Source: Leucoraja erinacea
Taxonomy: Eukaryota
Direction of reading: 5' to 3'
Length of the DNA stretch: 64,000 nucleotides
NCBI RefSeq assembly: GCF_028641065.1
Contig: NC_073397.1
Location: 38,192,001 to 38,256,000 of the forward strand
The translations under genes were made by a program, and so were the position numbers. Positions 49,902-62,862 of the stretch are shown here, in pieces; position 1 is the stretch's first letter; each line of letters starts with the position of its first letter. The notes beneath the pieces are model-generated. The model worked only from the letters and a program-made list of their open reading frames with translations. It did not search any database and was not told where the DNA came from.

Positions 49902-50697
49902 GTAAGTAAGTTTATTGGCCAAGTAGTCACATACAAGGAATTTGCCTTGGTGCTCCGCCCACAAGTAACAATATGACATACAGTGACAGTTACGATTGAC
50001 TCAGAAAGCCCTAAACATTAATAATAATAAAACATTAATGATAAAACACCATTGATCAAGCATGTGAACCAACAAAATACCAGATCAAGAGTCAAGAGTC
50101 AAGAGTCAATTTAATTGTCATCAAAGGGAGGCTACAGATTTTTGGCTGTTGAGTAGAGCAACTACTCGTGGATAAAAACTGTTTTTATGTCTGGCTGTGG
50201 CAGCTTTGACAGTCCGGAGTCGCCTTCCAGATGGAAGTGATTCAAAGAGTTTGTGGCCAGGGTGAGAGGGGTCAGAGATGATCTTGCCCGCTCGCTTCCT
50301 GGCCCTTGCAGTGTACCGTTCTTAAATGGAGGGAAGGTTGCAGCCAATAACCTTCTCTGCTGATCAGACGATTCGCTGCAGCCTCCAGGTGTCGTGCTTG
50401 GTGGCTGAGCCAAACCAGACCATGATGGAGAAGGTGAGAACACTCTACGATGGCCGTGTAGAATTGGACCATCATTGCCTGTGGCAGATTGTGCTTCCTC
50501 AGCTGCCGTAGGAGGTACATCCTCTGTTGTGACTTTTTGGCTGTGGAGTCGATGGTAGGAGATGATGGTTCCAAGGAACTTAAAATACTTCATAGATGTG
50601 ACTGTGGTGTTGTTGATGGTGAGTGGGGTGAGGGGAGGGGGGGGCTCTCCTAAAGTCTACAATCAATTCCACTGTCTTAAGAGCATTGAGCTCTAGG
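49902..50697 (-). mobile_element. Rex/Babar-type LINE 3' fragment
   Basis: FKFLGTII and KKSQQRMYLLRQLRKHNLPQAMMVQFYTAIVE; 3' end shared with 59195-59342. Confidence 0.85.
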
Positions 50698-51314
50698 GTT
50701 TTTAAGCTATTTTTTAAGTTTTGAAGCTTTTAGCTTCAATAGATTAACTTTTAGTGGTCCATTTTGTGAGTATCTTTTGGTTAAACTCATTTTCTCCCTT
50801 GCTATGGATTAGCAAAGCACTGCAAGTAAAGCTTTGCAAGGAGTGAGGAAACTGGACAGTAGCTTCCTCTGTCTTGTATGTATAACATGACGCATTATCT
50901 TTGGTTTGATCCTGACCTTGTGCTGTCTGAGTGGAGTTTGCATGTTTTCCTAATGAATGTGTGGTTGGATTTCGTGCTTGGATCTCTACTTATTTCGATT
51001 TTGTATGTTGTCACTGATGTAGGTGGTTGGCAGGAACATTAGAGGGTGGTTGGTCATATGGAAGAGATTGATTGCAGGTAAATAAGTGGAATGGGATTAT
51101 GTTTAGGCTTTGTTTAGAGCTTTGTTTTGCATGTAATCAAATCAGATACTATAAATAAACACAATCAAACCAAACCCGAGTACAATAGGTGGAAAGCAAA
51201 GGGAAGATACAGACTGCAGAATATAGTTCTCTGCATTGTTGCGTTACAGTTCCAAAGACAAGGTCAAATGTCCACAATGAGGGAGAGGCGAATCTGACTG
51301 TATCCTGGCTTATG

Positions 51315-51821
51315 GAAACATAGAAACATAGAAATTAGGTGCAGGAGTAGGCCATTCAGCCCTTCGAGCCTGCACCACCATTCAATATGATCATGGCTGA
51401 TCATCCAACTCAGTATCCCGTACCTGCCTTCTCTCCATAAGTTTCTATAAGATCCCCACTCAATCTCCTAAATTCTAGAGAGTACAAACCAAGTCTATCC
51501 AGTCTTTCTTCATAAGACAGTCCTGACATCCCATGAATCAGTATGGTGAACCGTCTCTGCACTCCCTCTATGGCAATAATGTCATTCCTCAGATTTGGAG
51601 ACCAAAACTGTACGCAATACTCCAGGTGTGATCTCACCAAGACCCTGTACAACTGCAGTAGAACCTCCCTGCTCCTATACTCAAATCCTTTTGCAATGAA
51701 AGCTAACATACCATTCGCTTTCTTTACTGCCTGCTGCACCTGCATGCCTACCTTCAATGACTGGTGTACCATGACACCCAGGTCTCGCTGCATCTCCCCC
51801 TTTCCCAATCGGCCACCATTT
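51315..51821 (-). mobile_element. CR1 3' fragment with internal deletion
   Basis: DLIETY fused directly to GEKAGTGY. Confidence 0.9.
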
Positions 51822-52217
51822 AGGAAGGACCATTCAGAAAACTAATAACGGGCAAGAAGCTGTTCCTGAGTCTAGTACGCGATTTCAAGCTTCTGTAACC
51901 CGGCAGGAGGAGGGAGAAAAAGGTATGACCAAGGTGGGAAAGGGCTTTGTTTATGTTGGATACTTTCCAGGGCAGTGTGAGGTGTTGACGGAGTCAGTGG
52001 TGGGGTGTTTGGTTTGTGTGATAGGCTGCAACATTAATTTCTTGCAGTCTTGGAGAAAGGTTTTCCCAAACATAGCTATGATGCAACCGAACAGTATGCT
52101 TTATTTCGTGCATCTCTAGAACTTTGTAAATGTCATTGGGGACATGCGGAATTTCCTCAGTCTCCAGGGAAAAAAATGCATTGCTATGCCTTGGTTATCG
52201 CTTCAATATGTTTGGTC

Positions 52218-54120
52218 CATAGAAACAGAGAAAAATAGGTGCAGGAGTAGGCCATTCAGCCCTTCGAGCCTGCACCGCCATTCAATAAAAACATAGAAAC
52301 ATGGAAAATAGGTGCAGGAGTAGGCCATTCGGCCCTTCGAGCCTGCACCGCCATTCAATATGATCATGGCTGATCATCTAACTCGGTATCCTGTACCTGC
52401 TTTCTCTCCATACCCCCTGATCCCTTTAGTCACAAGGGCCACATCTAACTCCCTCTTAAATATAGCCAATGAACTGGCCTCAACTACATTCTGTGGCAGA
52501 GAATTCCAGAGATTCACCACTCTCTGAGTAAAAAATGTTTTTCTCGTCTCAGTCCTAAAAGATTTCCCCTTTATCCTTAAACTCTGACCCCTTGTTCTGG
52601 ACTTCACCAACATCGGGAACAATCTTCCTGCATCTAGCCGGTCCAACCCCTTAAGAATTTTGTAAGTTTCTATTAGATCCCCCCTCAATCTTCTAAATTC
52701 TAACGAGTACAAGCCGAGTCTATCCAGTCTTTCTTCATATGAAAGTCCTGACATCCCAGGAATCAGTCTGGTGAACCTTCTCTGTACTCCCTCTATGACA
52801 AGAATGTCCTTCCTCAGATTAGGAGACCAAAACTGTACGCAATACTCCAGGTGTGGCCTCACCAAGACCCTGTACAACTGCAGTAGAACCTCCCTGCTCC
52901 TATACAAAAATCCTTTTGCTATGAATGCTAACATACCATTCGCTTTCTTCACTGCCTGCTGCACCTGCATGCCTACTTTCAATGACTGGTGTACCATGAC
53001 ATCCAGGTCTCGTTGCATCTCCCCTTTTCCTAATCAGCCACCATTCAGGTAATGGTCTACTTTCCTGTTTTTGCCACCATAGTGGATAACCTCACATTTA
53101 TCCACATTATACTGCACCTGCCGTGCATTTGCCCACTCACCCAGCCTATCCAAGTCACCTTGCAGCCTCTTAGCATCCTCCTCACAGCTAACACTGCCCC
53201 CCAGCTTCGTGTCATCTGCAAACTTGGAGATGTTGCATTCAATTCCCTCGTCCAAATCATTAATATATATTGTAAACAGCTGGGGTCCCAGCACTGAGCC
53301 TTGCGGTACCCCACTAGTCACTGCCTGCCATTGTGAAAAGGACCTGTTAACTCCTACTCTTTGCTTCCTGTCTGCCAGCCAGTTCTCTATCCACATCAAT
53401 ACTGAACCCCCAATACCGTGTGCTTTTAAGTTTGTATACTAATCTCTTATGTGGGACCTTGTCGAAAGCCTTCTGAAAGTCCAGATATAACACATCCACT
53501 GGTTCTCCCTTATCCACTCTACTAGTTACATCCTCGAAAAATTCTAAGATTCGTCAGACATGATTTACCTTTCATAAATCCATGCTGACTTTGTCCAATG
53601 ATTTCACCACTTTCCAAATGTGCTGCTATCGCATCTTTAATAACTGACTCTAACAGTTTCCCCACTACCGATGTTAGACTAACTGGTCTGTAATTCCCCG
53701 TTTTCTTTCTCCCTCCCTTTTTAAAAAGTGGGGTTACATTAGCTACCCTCCAATCCTCATGAACTACTCCAAAATCTAAAGAGTTTTGAAAAATTATCAC
53801 TAATGCATCCACTATTTCTGGGGCTACTTCCCTAAGCACTCTGGGATGCAGCCTATCTGCCCTGGGGATTTATCGGCCTTTAATCCATTCAATTTACCTA
53901 ACATCACTTCCCGGCTAACCTGGATTTCACTCAGTTCCTCCATCTCATTTGACCCCCGGTCCCCTGCTATTTTCGGCAGATTAATTAAGTCTTCCTTAGT
54001 GAAGACAGAACCAAAGTAGTTATTCAGTTGGTCTGCCATGTCCTTGTTCTCCATGATCAATTCACCTGTTTCTGACTGCAAGGGACCTACATTTGTTTTA
54101 ACTAATCTTTTTCTCTTCAT
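52218..54120 (-). mobile_element. 5'-truncated CR1, same subfamily as the 39-43 kb copy, with a duplicated 3' end
   Basis: RT ORF pieces 52374-54120; two tandem 3' termini at 52218-52350. Confidence 0.93.
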
Positions 54121-54129
54121 ACCCCCCCC

Positions 54130-54169
<40 letters not shown>

Positions 54170-54170
<1 letters not shown>

Positions 54171-54665
54171 ATATCCCTTGATTAATTTAGCCCTAAGAGC
54201 TAAATCTAACTATCTTGAAAACATCCAGTGAAATGGCCTCCACTGTCTTCTGTGGCAGAGATTTCCACAGATTCACAACTCTCTGGGTGGAGAAAAAAAA
54301 TCCTCATCTCAGTCCTAAATGGCCTACCCCTTATTCTTAAACTGTGACCCCTGGTTCTGGACTCCCCCAACATTGAGAACATTTTTCCTGCATCTAGCCT
54401 GTCCAATCCTTAAAGAATGTTATAGGTTTCTGTAAGATCCCCTCTCATCATTCTAAATTCCAGTGGATACAAGCCCAGTCGACCCATTCTTTCATCAGAT
54501 GTCAGCCCTGCCATCCTGGGAATTAACCTGGTGAATCAACGCTGCACACCCTCAATAGTTATAATGTCCTTCCTCAAATTTGGAGACCAAAATTGCACAC
54601 AATACTCTAGGTGCAGTCTCACCAGGGCCCTGTACAACTACTGTAGGACCTTCTTGCTTCAAACT
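54170..54665 (-). mobile_element. CR1 fragment preceded by a poly-C tract (54122-54170)
   Basis: MDRLDAGKMFSMLGESRTRGHSLRIRGRPFRTEMR. Confidence 0.85.
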
Positions 54666-54669
54666 CAAA

Positions 54670-55480
54670 TCCCCACCTCTCACCTGCGCCTGGATAAAGG
54701 ACTTTCTTACTAACCGCTCACAGTCAAAATGGGCCCCCACTGCTCCTCCACCCTCACACTCAGCACTGGTTCTGCACAGGGCTGTGTGCTGAGTCCACTC
54801 CTCTATGCTCTGTGCACTTATGACTGCACTCCCATCCACTCCACAAACTCCATTATTAAATTTGCGGATGACCGTGGTCGGACTCATATCAGGAGGAGAT
54901 GAGGCAGCGTACAGAGACGAGGTCCTGAGTTTGTCAGAGTGGTGTTCTGCAAACAACCTGGCACTCGACATCAGCAAAATAAGGGAAATGGTCATTGACT
55001 ACAGGAGGCACAGAGTGGACCCTGCCCTGCTCTACATCAACAGGGACTGTGTCGAGTGGGTTTCCACCTTCAAATTCCTGGGAACGCACATCGCGGAGGA
55101 CCTCTCCTGGTCTGCCAACACTTCAGCGGTAGTTAAGGAGACCCAGCAGCGATTGCACTTCCTGAGAGTGCTAAGGAAGAACAGTCTGGAGCAGAAGCTG
55201 CTGGTGGCCTTCTACCGCTCCACCATCGAGAGTGTGCTGGCCTATTGTATCACGGTGCGGTATGCTGGCTGCTCAGCGGCAGACAGGAGAGCCCTGCAGA
55301 GAGTGATCAAAACTGCCCAGAAAATAACTGGCTGCCCTCTGCCTTCCCTGGAAGACATAAACCTAACCCTAACCCTCTGGTAGGCGGTACAGGTGCGTCA
55401 AAAGCCGGACAAACAGACTCAAGAAAAGTTTCTTTAACTGGGCCATCAGAACTCTAAATTCCTCAAATATACACACGACA
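54670..55480 (+). mobile_element. Rex/Babar-type LINE RT fragment
   Basis: CAWIKDFLTNRSQ, KFAD, TVVGLISGGDEAAYRDEV, FKFLGTHI, QQRLHFLRVLRK. Confidence 0.9.
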
Positions 55481-55526
55481 TGAAGAGATGCTGTCATCCA
55501 TTCCACAATAAAACAGAGCACTCAGC

Positions 55527-57618
55527 GCTTATGATAGAACCGCTGGCTGAAAGGATTAGAAATCATCCGAATATTCACGGATATAACACTAAGGACTCAA
55601 AGAATAAAATTTCATTATATGCTGATGATATTCTTTAATATATTACTAATACACAAACGAGTATACCCACCTTATTAACACTAATTGAGGAATTCGGCTC
55701 TTTTTCAGGATATAGAATAAATTGGAATAAAAGCGAAATTATGTCTCTAAAACCACAGGATGCGAGACACTTACTAAAATTCCCTTTCAAAATTGCAACA
55801 GAAAAATTCAAGTATCTGGGTATTCAAATTACGAGAAGACACAAATCATTATTTAGCGCCAATTTTATGCCACTATTAAATAAACTGAATGATATGATTA
55901 AATTTTGGAAAATGCTCCCGCTCTCATTGATAGGTAGAATTAACGCTATAAAACTGACTTTCTTACCACAATTAATATATTTGTTTCAAGCGATCCCAAT
56001 ATATATTCCAAAATATTTATTTTAAAAACTAGATTCTACTATCACTAATTTTATATGGGATTACAAAGCACAGAACTGAACGAAAGCATTTGTGTAAACC
56101 TAAAGAAGTTGGGGGTTTATCATTACTTAACTTTACATATTACTACTGGGCAGTGCATATTAAGAACATAATGTACTGGTTGGATAGTTCCACTCACCAG
56201 TTGAAGTAGATAAGAATGGGGAAAGAGGAGTGTTTCCCGTACGATATAGGAACGATCTTGTTCTCACCGATAAAATTGAATAATATAATATATAAGAAGA
56301 ACCCAATTATTCACAATACAATAAGAATTTGGAAACAAATAAAATTATCCTTGAAATTAAATAATCTATCAGTACTAACCCCACTATTGAACAACCCTGC
56401 ATTCAAACCACCTCTTATCGATAAAACATATAAACAATGTGATAGACTGGGGATTAGGAAAGTAGTAGATGTGTATGAATTGGCCCATTTGTTATAATTT
56501 CAACAATTAAAATTAAAATTTAAACTGAAGGATAATCAATATTTCAAATATACAGATATGTGACTTTATGAAGAAATATACACATAGATTTCAAATTATA
56601 TTTTTAGACCCTTTAGAAGAAGCAATGAATATTAAGGCTGATTCACAAAAACTAATATCATACTTTTATAATAATATATTAAATAGAGAATTACCCTCAA
56701 CAGAGGCACTAAGAGAAGATTGGGAACATGAACTAATGAGAAAGATCCCGAAGGATAGATGGGAAAAGTATCTGATGAACACACATAATTGTTCCATTAA
56801 TGAAAGACATAATTTAATTCAATTTAAATTATTACATAGACTATATTATTCAAAAACGAGGTTGAATAAATTTTACCCAAACGTCTCTCCCAGATGCGAT
56901 AAATGTTTGTTTCAAAATGTTAATATAACACATTCATTTGTAGGATGTATAAAGTTGAATAAATTTTGGAGCGATATATTTGATATATTTACAAAGCTTT
57001 TCAAGTCAAGAATAGAACCTAATACGGAATGGATTATATTTGGAATAATAGTAGAAGATATCAATTTAAATAAGGACCAAAAAGTTTTTTTTAATTATGG
57101 GTTAATAATTGGAAAGAAATTGATACTTAAATTTTGGAAAAATACACCTATTCCAACTGTTAAATATGACGGACATAGCACGCCTTGAAGAAATGAGACT
57201 CCGACTAATAGATAAATATGACCAATTCTTAAGGAGTTGGTCCCTTTTTTTTACTCTTTGGAATCGTGATGCAGCGGTACCGTAAAGATTACTGATTTCA
57301 GGTCAGGTCGTGGATAGATTTACATCTCCGAATAAAGATTTGAAAATTTCTCTTTTTCTCCTATTTCTACTTTCCACTTTTTCTTTTCTTATACACACAC
57401 TTCACGTTTTTCTATTTTCTACTATCTATTTTTCCTCTTTTTCTCTTCTCCAATTTTTTTTTTTTTTTCCCATTCTTGTCTTTCTTATTTTCTTTTTTAA
57501 AAAAACTAGAGGTTGTACATAGAATGTATAATTACGTTATGACATAGTTGGCACCTAAAATTAGGTCCCACTGTATTGTTTTGTATTGTACTAACTTCTA
57601 ATAAAATAAACAACAACA
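55527..57618 (+). mobile_element. 5'-truncated L1-clade LINE with target site duplication
   Basis: ISLYADDILL, FSGYRINWNKSE, FKYLGIQI, CDKC-x8-H-x4-C; AATAAA and A-rich tail; TSD aaaacaga(g/c)cactcagc at 55510-55526 and 57619-57635. Confidence 0.92.
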
Positions 57619-57868
57619 AAAACAGACCACTCAGCTAATATTTCTTCTTTTTAAAATTATTTTAAGGTATTTCTTAAATTTTAAAGTGCAATATTCTCCC
57701 AGTGCAATGTTCTATCTAGGTGTGATAAATATAATTTATCTACCATTTCAAGCAGTTAAATAACGTATTGGATGTGTTTTTTATCTTGTTTTAACTTGTT
57801 TTGGTTGCACTGATCAGGAGTGGCACTCCTAATTTAGTTGTATATCTGAGTAAAATGACAATAAAGGC

Positions 57869-57869
<1 letters not shown>

Positions 57870-57909
<40 letters not shown>
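57870..57909. repeat. (TTA)n microsatellite, probably a retroelement tail
   Basis: About 13 units after gacaataaaggc. Confidence 0.9.
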
Positions 57910-59743
57910 GTTCTCTATCTCCTTCCTCTACTCCGTTTTGTCATTGTTTGTGATCTGACCCACCACAGTGATGCCACCTGCAAACTGGTAGATGGAGTTA
58001 GAATCGTATTTGGCCCCACAGTTGTGAGTGTAAAGAAATTATAGTAAGGGACTGAGTTCACTCTTGTGAGGTTAGGGCGTAACCCTTATTATTGTGCAAA
58101 TAATTGATGTAAATGCTCTGACAGCTGACATAAAATTCAATGGGCTAACTGGCCTCATATCATAGCTACCAGAAGTTGCCTTCCTATTTACTCCTTAATA
58201 ACTGATAGTCTCAACTACTCCTGCATAAGATGGGCAAATGTCACATGAATGAATTTTTTTTTAATATCAAGATCCGTTGGTATTTTATATTGATAAACTT
58301 AACCTCTGTCCATTTAGTACATTTCATTTTTTTGTGCTGCAATGTTTAGCACCCTTCACCTGCTCAGCTGCAGATGTTGACTGCTTACTTGTATAAGCTC
58401 TTAGACTTCTTAATGCTGTCCAGAAATTCAGAAAGTTATCACAGTGACATGTAATGATGTGATGTAGGGAAGGCATGACCTTAGCTGATGCGCCTTTTGT
58501 TTTCGCTTGATGCCTTAACATACACTGTATCAAGGTTATTTGACGGCAATCTGGAGCAGGAATACTAATTGATTTTTCGGTCCTCATTTGAGAATACTAA
58601 GTCCAATTATGTCACTTCTGCCATGCGTCAGTTATGATCAAGTGGAAAAGCGTGATCTTGAAATGGAGCTGGCGTGTTCCACTTCGGTGGCTCAACAACA
58701 GGATCGGTATTAAGTTGCGTTTCTTTTATTGCTCCTAAAAGCTTTAACATTTTATGTGTATGTAAATGTTCCAATCTAACTGCCTTTGGATCAACCCTGT
58801 TATGTTTTTGGCAAGATGAGAAAAGTGGGATGGGGTTCGAACCACTGCAGAAGCTCACAATGCCATATACATCAGAATTACCAATTAAGATTCATTTAGA
58901 TTTCTAAAAGCTGGAAGCATTTAAATGAAAAAGTCAGGGACATTGAGGGTTGTCCTTTGTAGAGTCCTATTGTTACTGCTAATGTACAATGCAAGCAGTC
59001 TCCTGTGCAAGCAAGTCTGCACTCTTGAATTAAAGTATTGCAGTGTGTACTAACTAATGTGGCAAAGTCAGAAAAGATGAGCAGTGTGAATCTTTTAAAA
59101 GTGAATTGTACGCTTGTGACATGCTTGTTGCTCAACCAAAGCTTTGATGCTCAGGTTTAAAATAATAGTTTAATAATAGAATATGGTTGACCTTATTGAA
59201 GTTTATTGAATACATTTATTGGCCAAGTATTCACATACAAGGAATTTGCCTTGGTGCTCCACCCGCAAGTGACAACATGACATGCCGGTTAGGAATGACA
59301 CATAAAACATTAAACATTAATAATAAAACATTATCGATTAATGTATCACAGAGAAAGCATTTACCTCAACTTTAGTATGAGTACTGCTTTATATAGATTG
59401 AGCTTTGGAGGTCTTGTCTTTCATTACTCCCTGGTGTACATCAAGTTATGAGTGTGCTATGGAAGTTATTTGCTATAGAGAATTGGCACATATACTTCAG
59501 GGATTGGGGTTGAATTGTTTTAGAAGAAGGTGCATTTCTTATTCTGGCCAATTATGATAACTATTATCATAAGAGACAGAGTGCTGCATTTGAGACTGTT
59601 AGGAAGGAACACTCCATTTTTCGCAGCAGAGAATTTGGTCCAGTGATGATTTTGTGATCCAAACCAAGGAATACTGGTGTGCGTTTCCAAATTATCCCTA
59701 TTCCTAGAAATAGCTGCCTAAAAAATTTTCATTTTACACACAG

Positions 59744-59797
59744 ATAAAAACGTGGCTACAAACTTTGTGCTGAAGAGGAACTATTCTGAGTCTACTG
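59744..59797 (+). other. Candidate 54-nt frame-preserving cassette exon
   Basis: ttttcattttacacacag| ... |gtaaga; open in phase 1-1: (N)KNVATNFVLKRNYSEST. Confidence 0.4.
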
Positions 59798-61599
59798 GTA
59801 AGATATACTGTGTGTCTGATGTACAGTGTAAAACATAGAAGAGCTTCTCAATCAATTTATTCTTGGCTGCAGGAATGCAGCAGGTGCATCGCTTAATAAT
59901 TGGGCTTTTGAATGTGAAGAATATATTGCCTTTTGAACAAAAGTCTCAAGTCCCCTTGTCCTTTTTATCCACTATTTCATCCTAATTAACTGTCTCTTTG
60001 ATTTTGTAACTTGTGTGCTCTCATCGTTCTGTATATTTCATTCTATTCTTGCTGATCTTCTATTTTTCTTAAGTGGTGCCCAGTTTACACTGGAAGCTTT
60101 ATATCAGTGCAAACTGTGCCAACAATATTTAAAATGTGTAAAGGTCATCAGACTGCAGTTGTGGTGCAGCAATTGGCGTTCCTGTTACAATGCTGCCAGT
60201 GTCAATGGCTTTTCATTGCACTGCTGAAAGACCTGTAGGATTGGCCAATGATGTCTCTTGGATAAGAATTTGCATCATGATACAGGCACATAATGCAAAT
60301 TTAGTTTCCTGGACTCTTCTGTGCTTATGCATGCCATTTGTACTGTGAGTCGCACTGCTGTGATCTGACGATGAAATGATTCTGCTTTATGCCGGAAAAA
60401 ATGGTTCAATTTAATTAATAAATGCAACTTCAGTTATGGGCAATGCTTCATGCTGTGAGTCAATCGTAAATTATTTGATAATATTTAGAAATTACTTGCT
60501 CGTATTTGGTATATTTTGGACGTTGTTATATAGCATAATTCAGCAAGCACCAGTTTCATTTCAGTTTAATAAAAATAAACAAGTGCCCTGAGTTTGAGCA
60601 AAATTTTAAAAGCATTTTAAGCAGAAACATAAAGATCATACTTTGTTTTCAACCCAAAATGCCAATGATGGCATTTCCTTTGAGATAAATTCTGAAGTGT
60701 CTGGCTGAGGGAAGTCTGTCTATGTGCAAGTACCAGTTAGTTGCTTTTGAAATGTATGTACAGACAACCTTATACACCTGTAAACCCATTTTCATCAATA
60801 TTTTAAAGGCAATTTAAAAAAAAAGGTTATTTTCTGTATCTGCATTGTACGGATCTGAAATTTGTGGAATGTCTTCCAAAACTGCTGATTTTCACATTGG
60901 GATCATTGGTATATTTTCAATAAAATGCAATTTCATGTTGCACAAGTTTTGTACAGCTTTATTTGTGTAAGCTGAATTTTATGGTTGGTGTTGCATTTTT
61001 ACTTTCGATATTTCATTCTAATAGTTAGTTTCTTGTTTTCAAGCTGATACTGTTCTGTGCTCTGGGTGGTATTTCTGTTGCATATCCTAAATGAAATTAC
61101 TGTTGTTATTTTTGTCACCATCCTATTAAAACCCTAAAATTACACCAGATTGTAAATAATTCACCTGCTGTTACACAATTCATAACTACAGCATAACTCA
61201 AGGGAAATGTGAATTGTATACACCCATAATATAGTTAGTTAGGAATTGTCATCCTTCTGCAGTGAGCTTTCTGCTTTCATCTAATAATTACTTCTATGCT
61301 GTGCCATTCTGGATTATAGCCGCTTGCTAAATTAAGAACCCCAATAGTCCAATCATCAGTGAAATTAGATTATGGTTATTTTGTGCCTCGATTCATGGTT
61401 CTCCATCCTGGATTGATCTTTATTTGATAAGATTGTTGATCACAATCTTAGAAATTTCAATTGACACCATATCCACAGCTTTTGACAGAAGACAATTCTA
61501 ATCTTCTGCTTTTGTGTGATTTTTACTACAGACTATGGGACCTGCTCTTTTTGCACTGAATAAATTGGAATCACATGGATGATTCTGGGTACAGAGGAA

Positions 61600-62015
61600 T
61601 CATCTTAGGAAAGGTTGAATGGGTGAGGTCTGGAATTATTGGTGTTCAGAAGAATAAGATGAGCTTATTGAATTATGAGATTCTAAGGAAGACCGACAGG
61701 GTAAATGCCAGGAGAATAATTTTCCTTGTAGGAGACACAAGAGCCAGAGGGCAGAGTTCCAGAATTAAGGGGGTGCCCATCTTAAGGCTGAGATGAGGAA
61801 GAGTATGTTCACTTTTTGTTGAGTCTATTCACAATGCCTTATCCCAGAATGTGCTTTTGACTGAATCCTTGAATATAAAGCTTGGGTAGATAGCTTTAAA
61901 TTAACATGGGAATGAAAGATCATGGGGAAAAGTTTGGAAGCCAAGTTGAGGAAAATAGGATTAGATGGTGGGCCAAAATCAATAAACCAAATGGCCTGCT
62001 CCCTGTGGTTTTTAG
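61600..62015 (+). mobile_element. Degraded CR1 3' fragment
   Basis: DRVNARRIIFLVGDTRARGQSSRIKG. Confidence 0.6.
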
Positions 62016-62862
62016 GAATCAAATTAACACTATCTTAACCTGGTCATTTTTTGTTTAAAAAGAAAGGATTTAGTTATTTTCCTTGCAGATGTTAACAACC
62101 ATAGATGAGGCACAAAGGTGCCGCATGAAGCATTAGGACCTGTCCTATAACTGTGATCCTTTAAAATTACTGGTGACATTATTGATAAGTAATTAAATAT
62201 TATTGACGCCCTATTGAAATACATCTATATAAGTAACTGATTTAGTTTTGTGGTTTACATCTTTAGAAAATGTCTGATCAGACATCTCTCTGTAGGATTG
62301 TTAACACATCCTGCATCTAACTGATTTGCATACAAGCCATCTGGGTCTAAGGAGAGAGATCTCATTAAAATGTTATTTCACTCTGACGATAAAAGTACTA
62401 TTTATGAATTTGTATGAATATTATATTCCCTAGTATTGATTTACTTTGGATATTTTATAAAACATTCAGTTACCTGCATGCAAGTTATATTGCCAATGTA
62501 AGTTTTATTAATGAAATGAAACCAGTATGATAGAACCTTTATTGGGCATAACAGCTGAGCAGATAGTGAAAACTGGTATATTTTTAATTTGCTTACATAA
62601 TCTTTGTTCAGGGTTCAGATGATTAATACAGATTATGTATTTTACTGCACCTGAGCTTCGATGATTAAGAATAAAAAACACAGCAGTTTCATTGATTCTG
62701 GAGTCACTAGTTTTAACTTTAGTATTTGGGGAGACCAGTTGGACCCTTGCACTGTTTTGCTGTTTATTTTGAGAATTCTAATTCTTTTTAGCCAAATTTT
62801 CTCCAGGTTTAACAAATATTTTTATTTTATAACAATGTAAATTGACTAAATATCCAGTTATT

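Noticed and set aside
54805-55383. Host gene from the 192-aa ORF
   Set aside because: Rex/Babar RT C-terminal region with frameshifts upstream
58828-58850. tRNA gene suggested by GGGTTCGAACC
   Set aside because: No cloverleaf or A-box could be built around it
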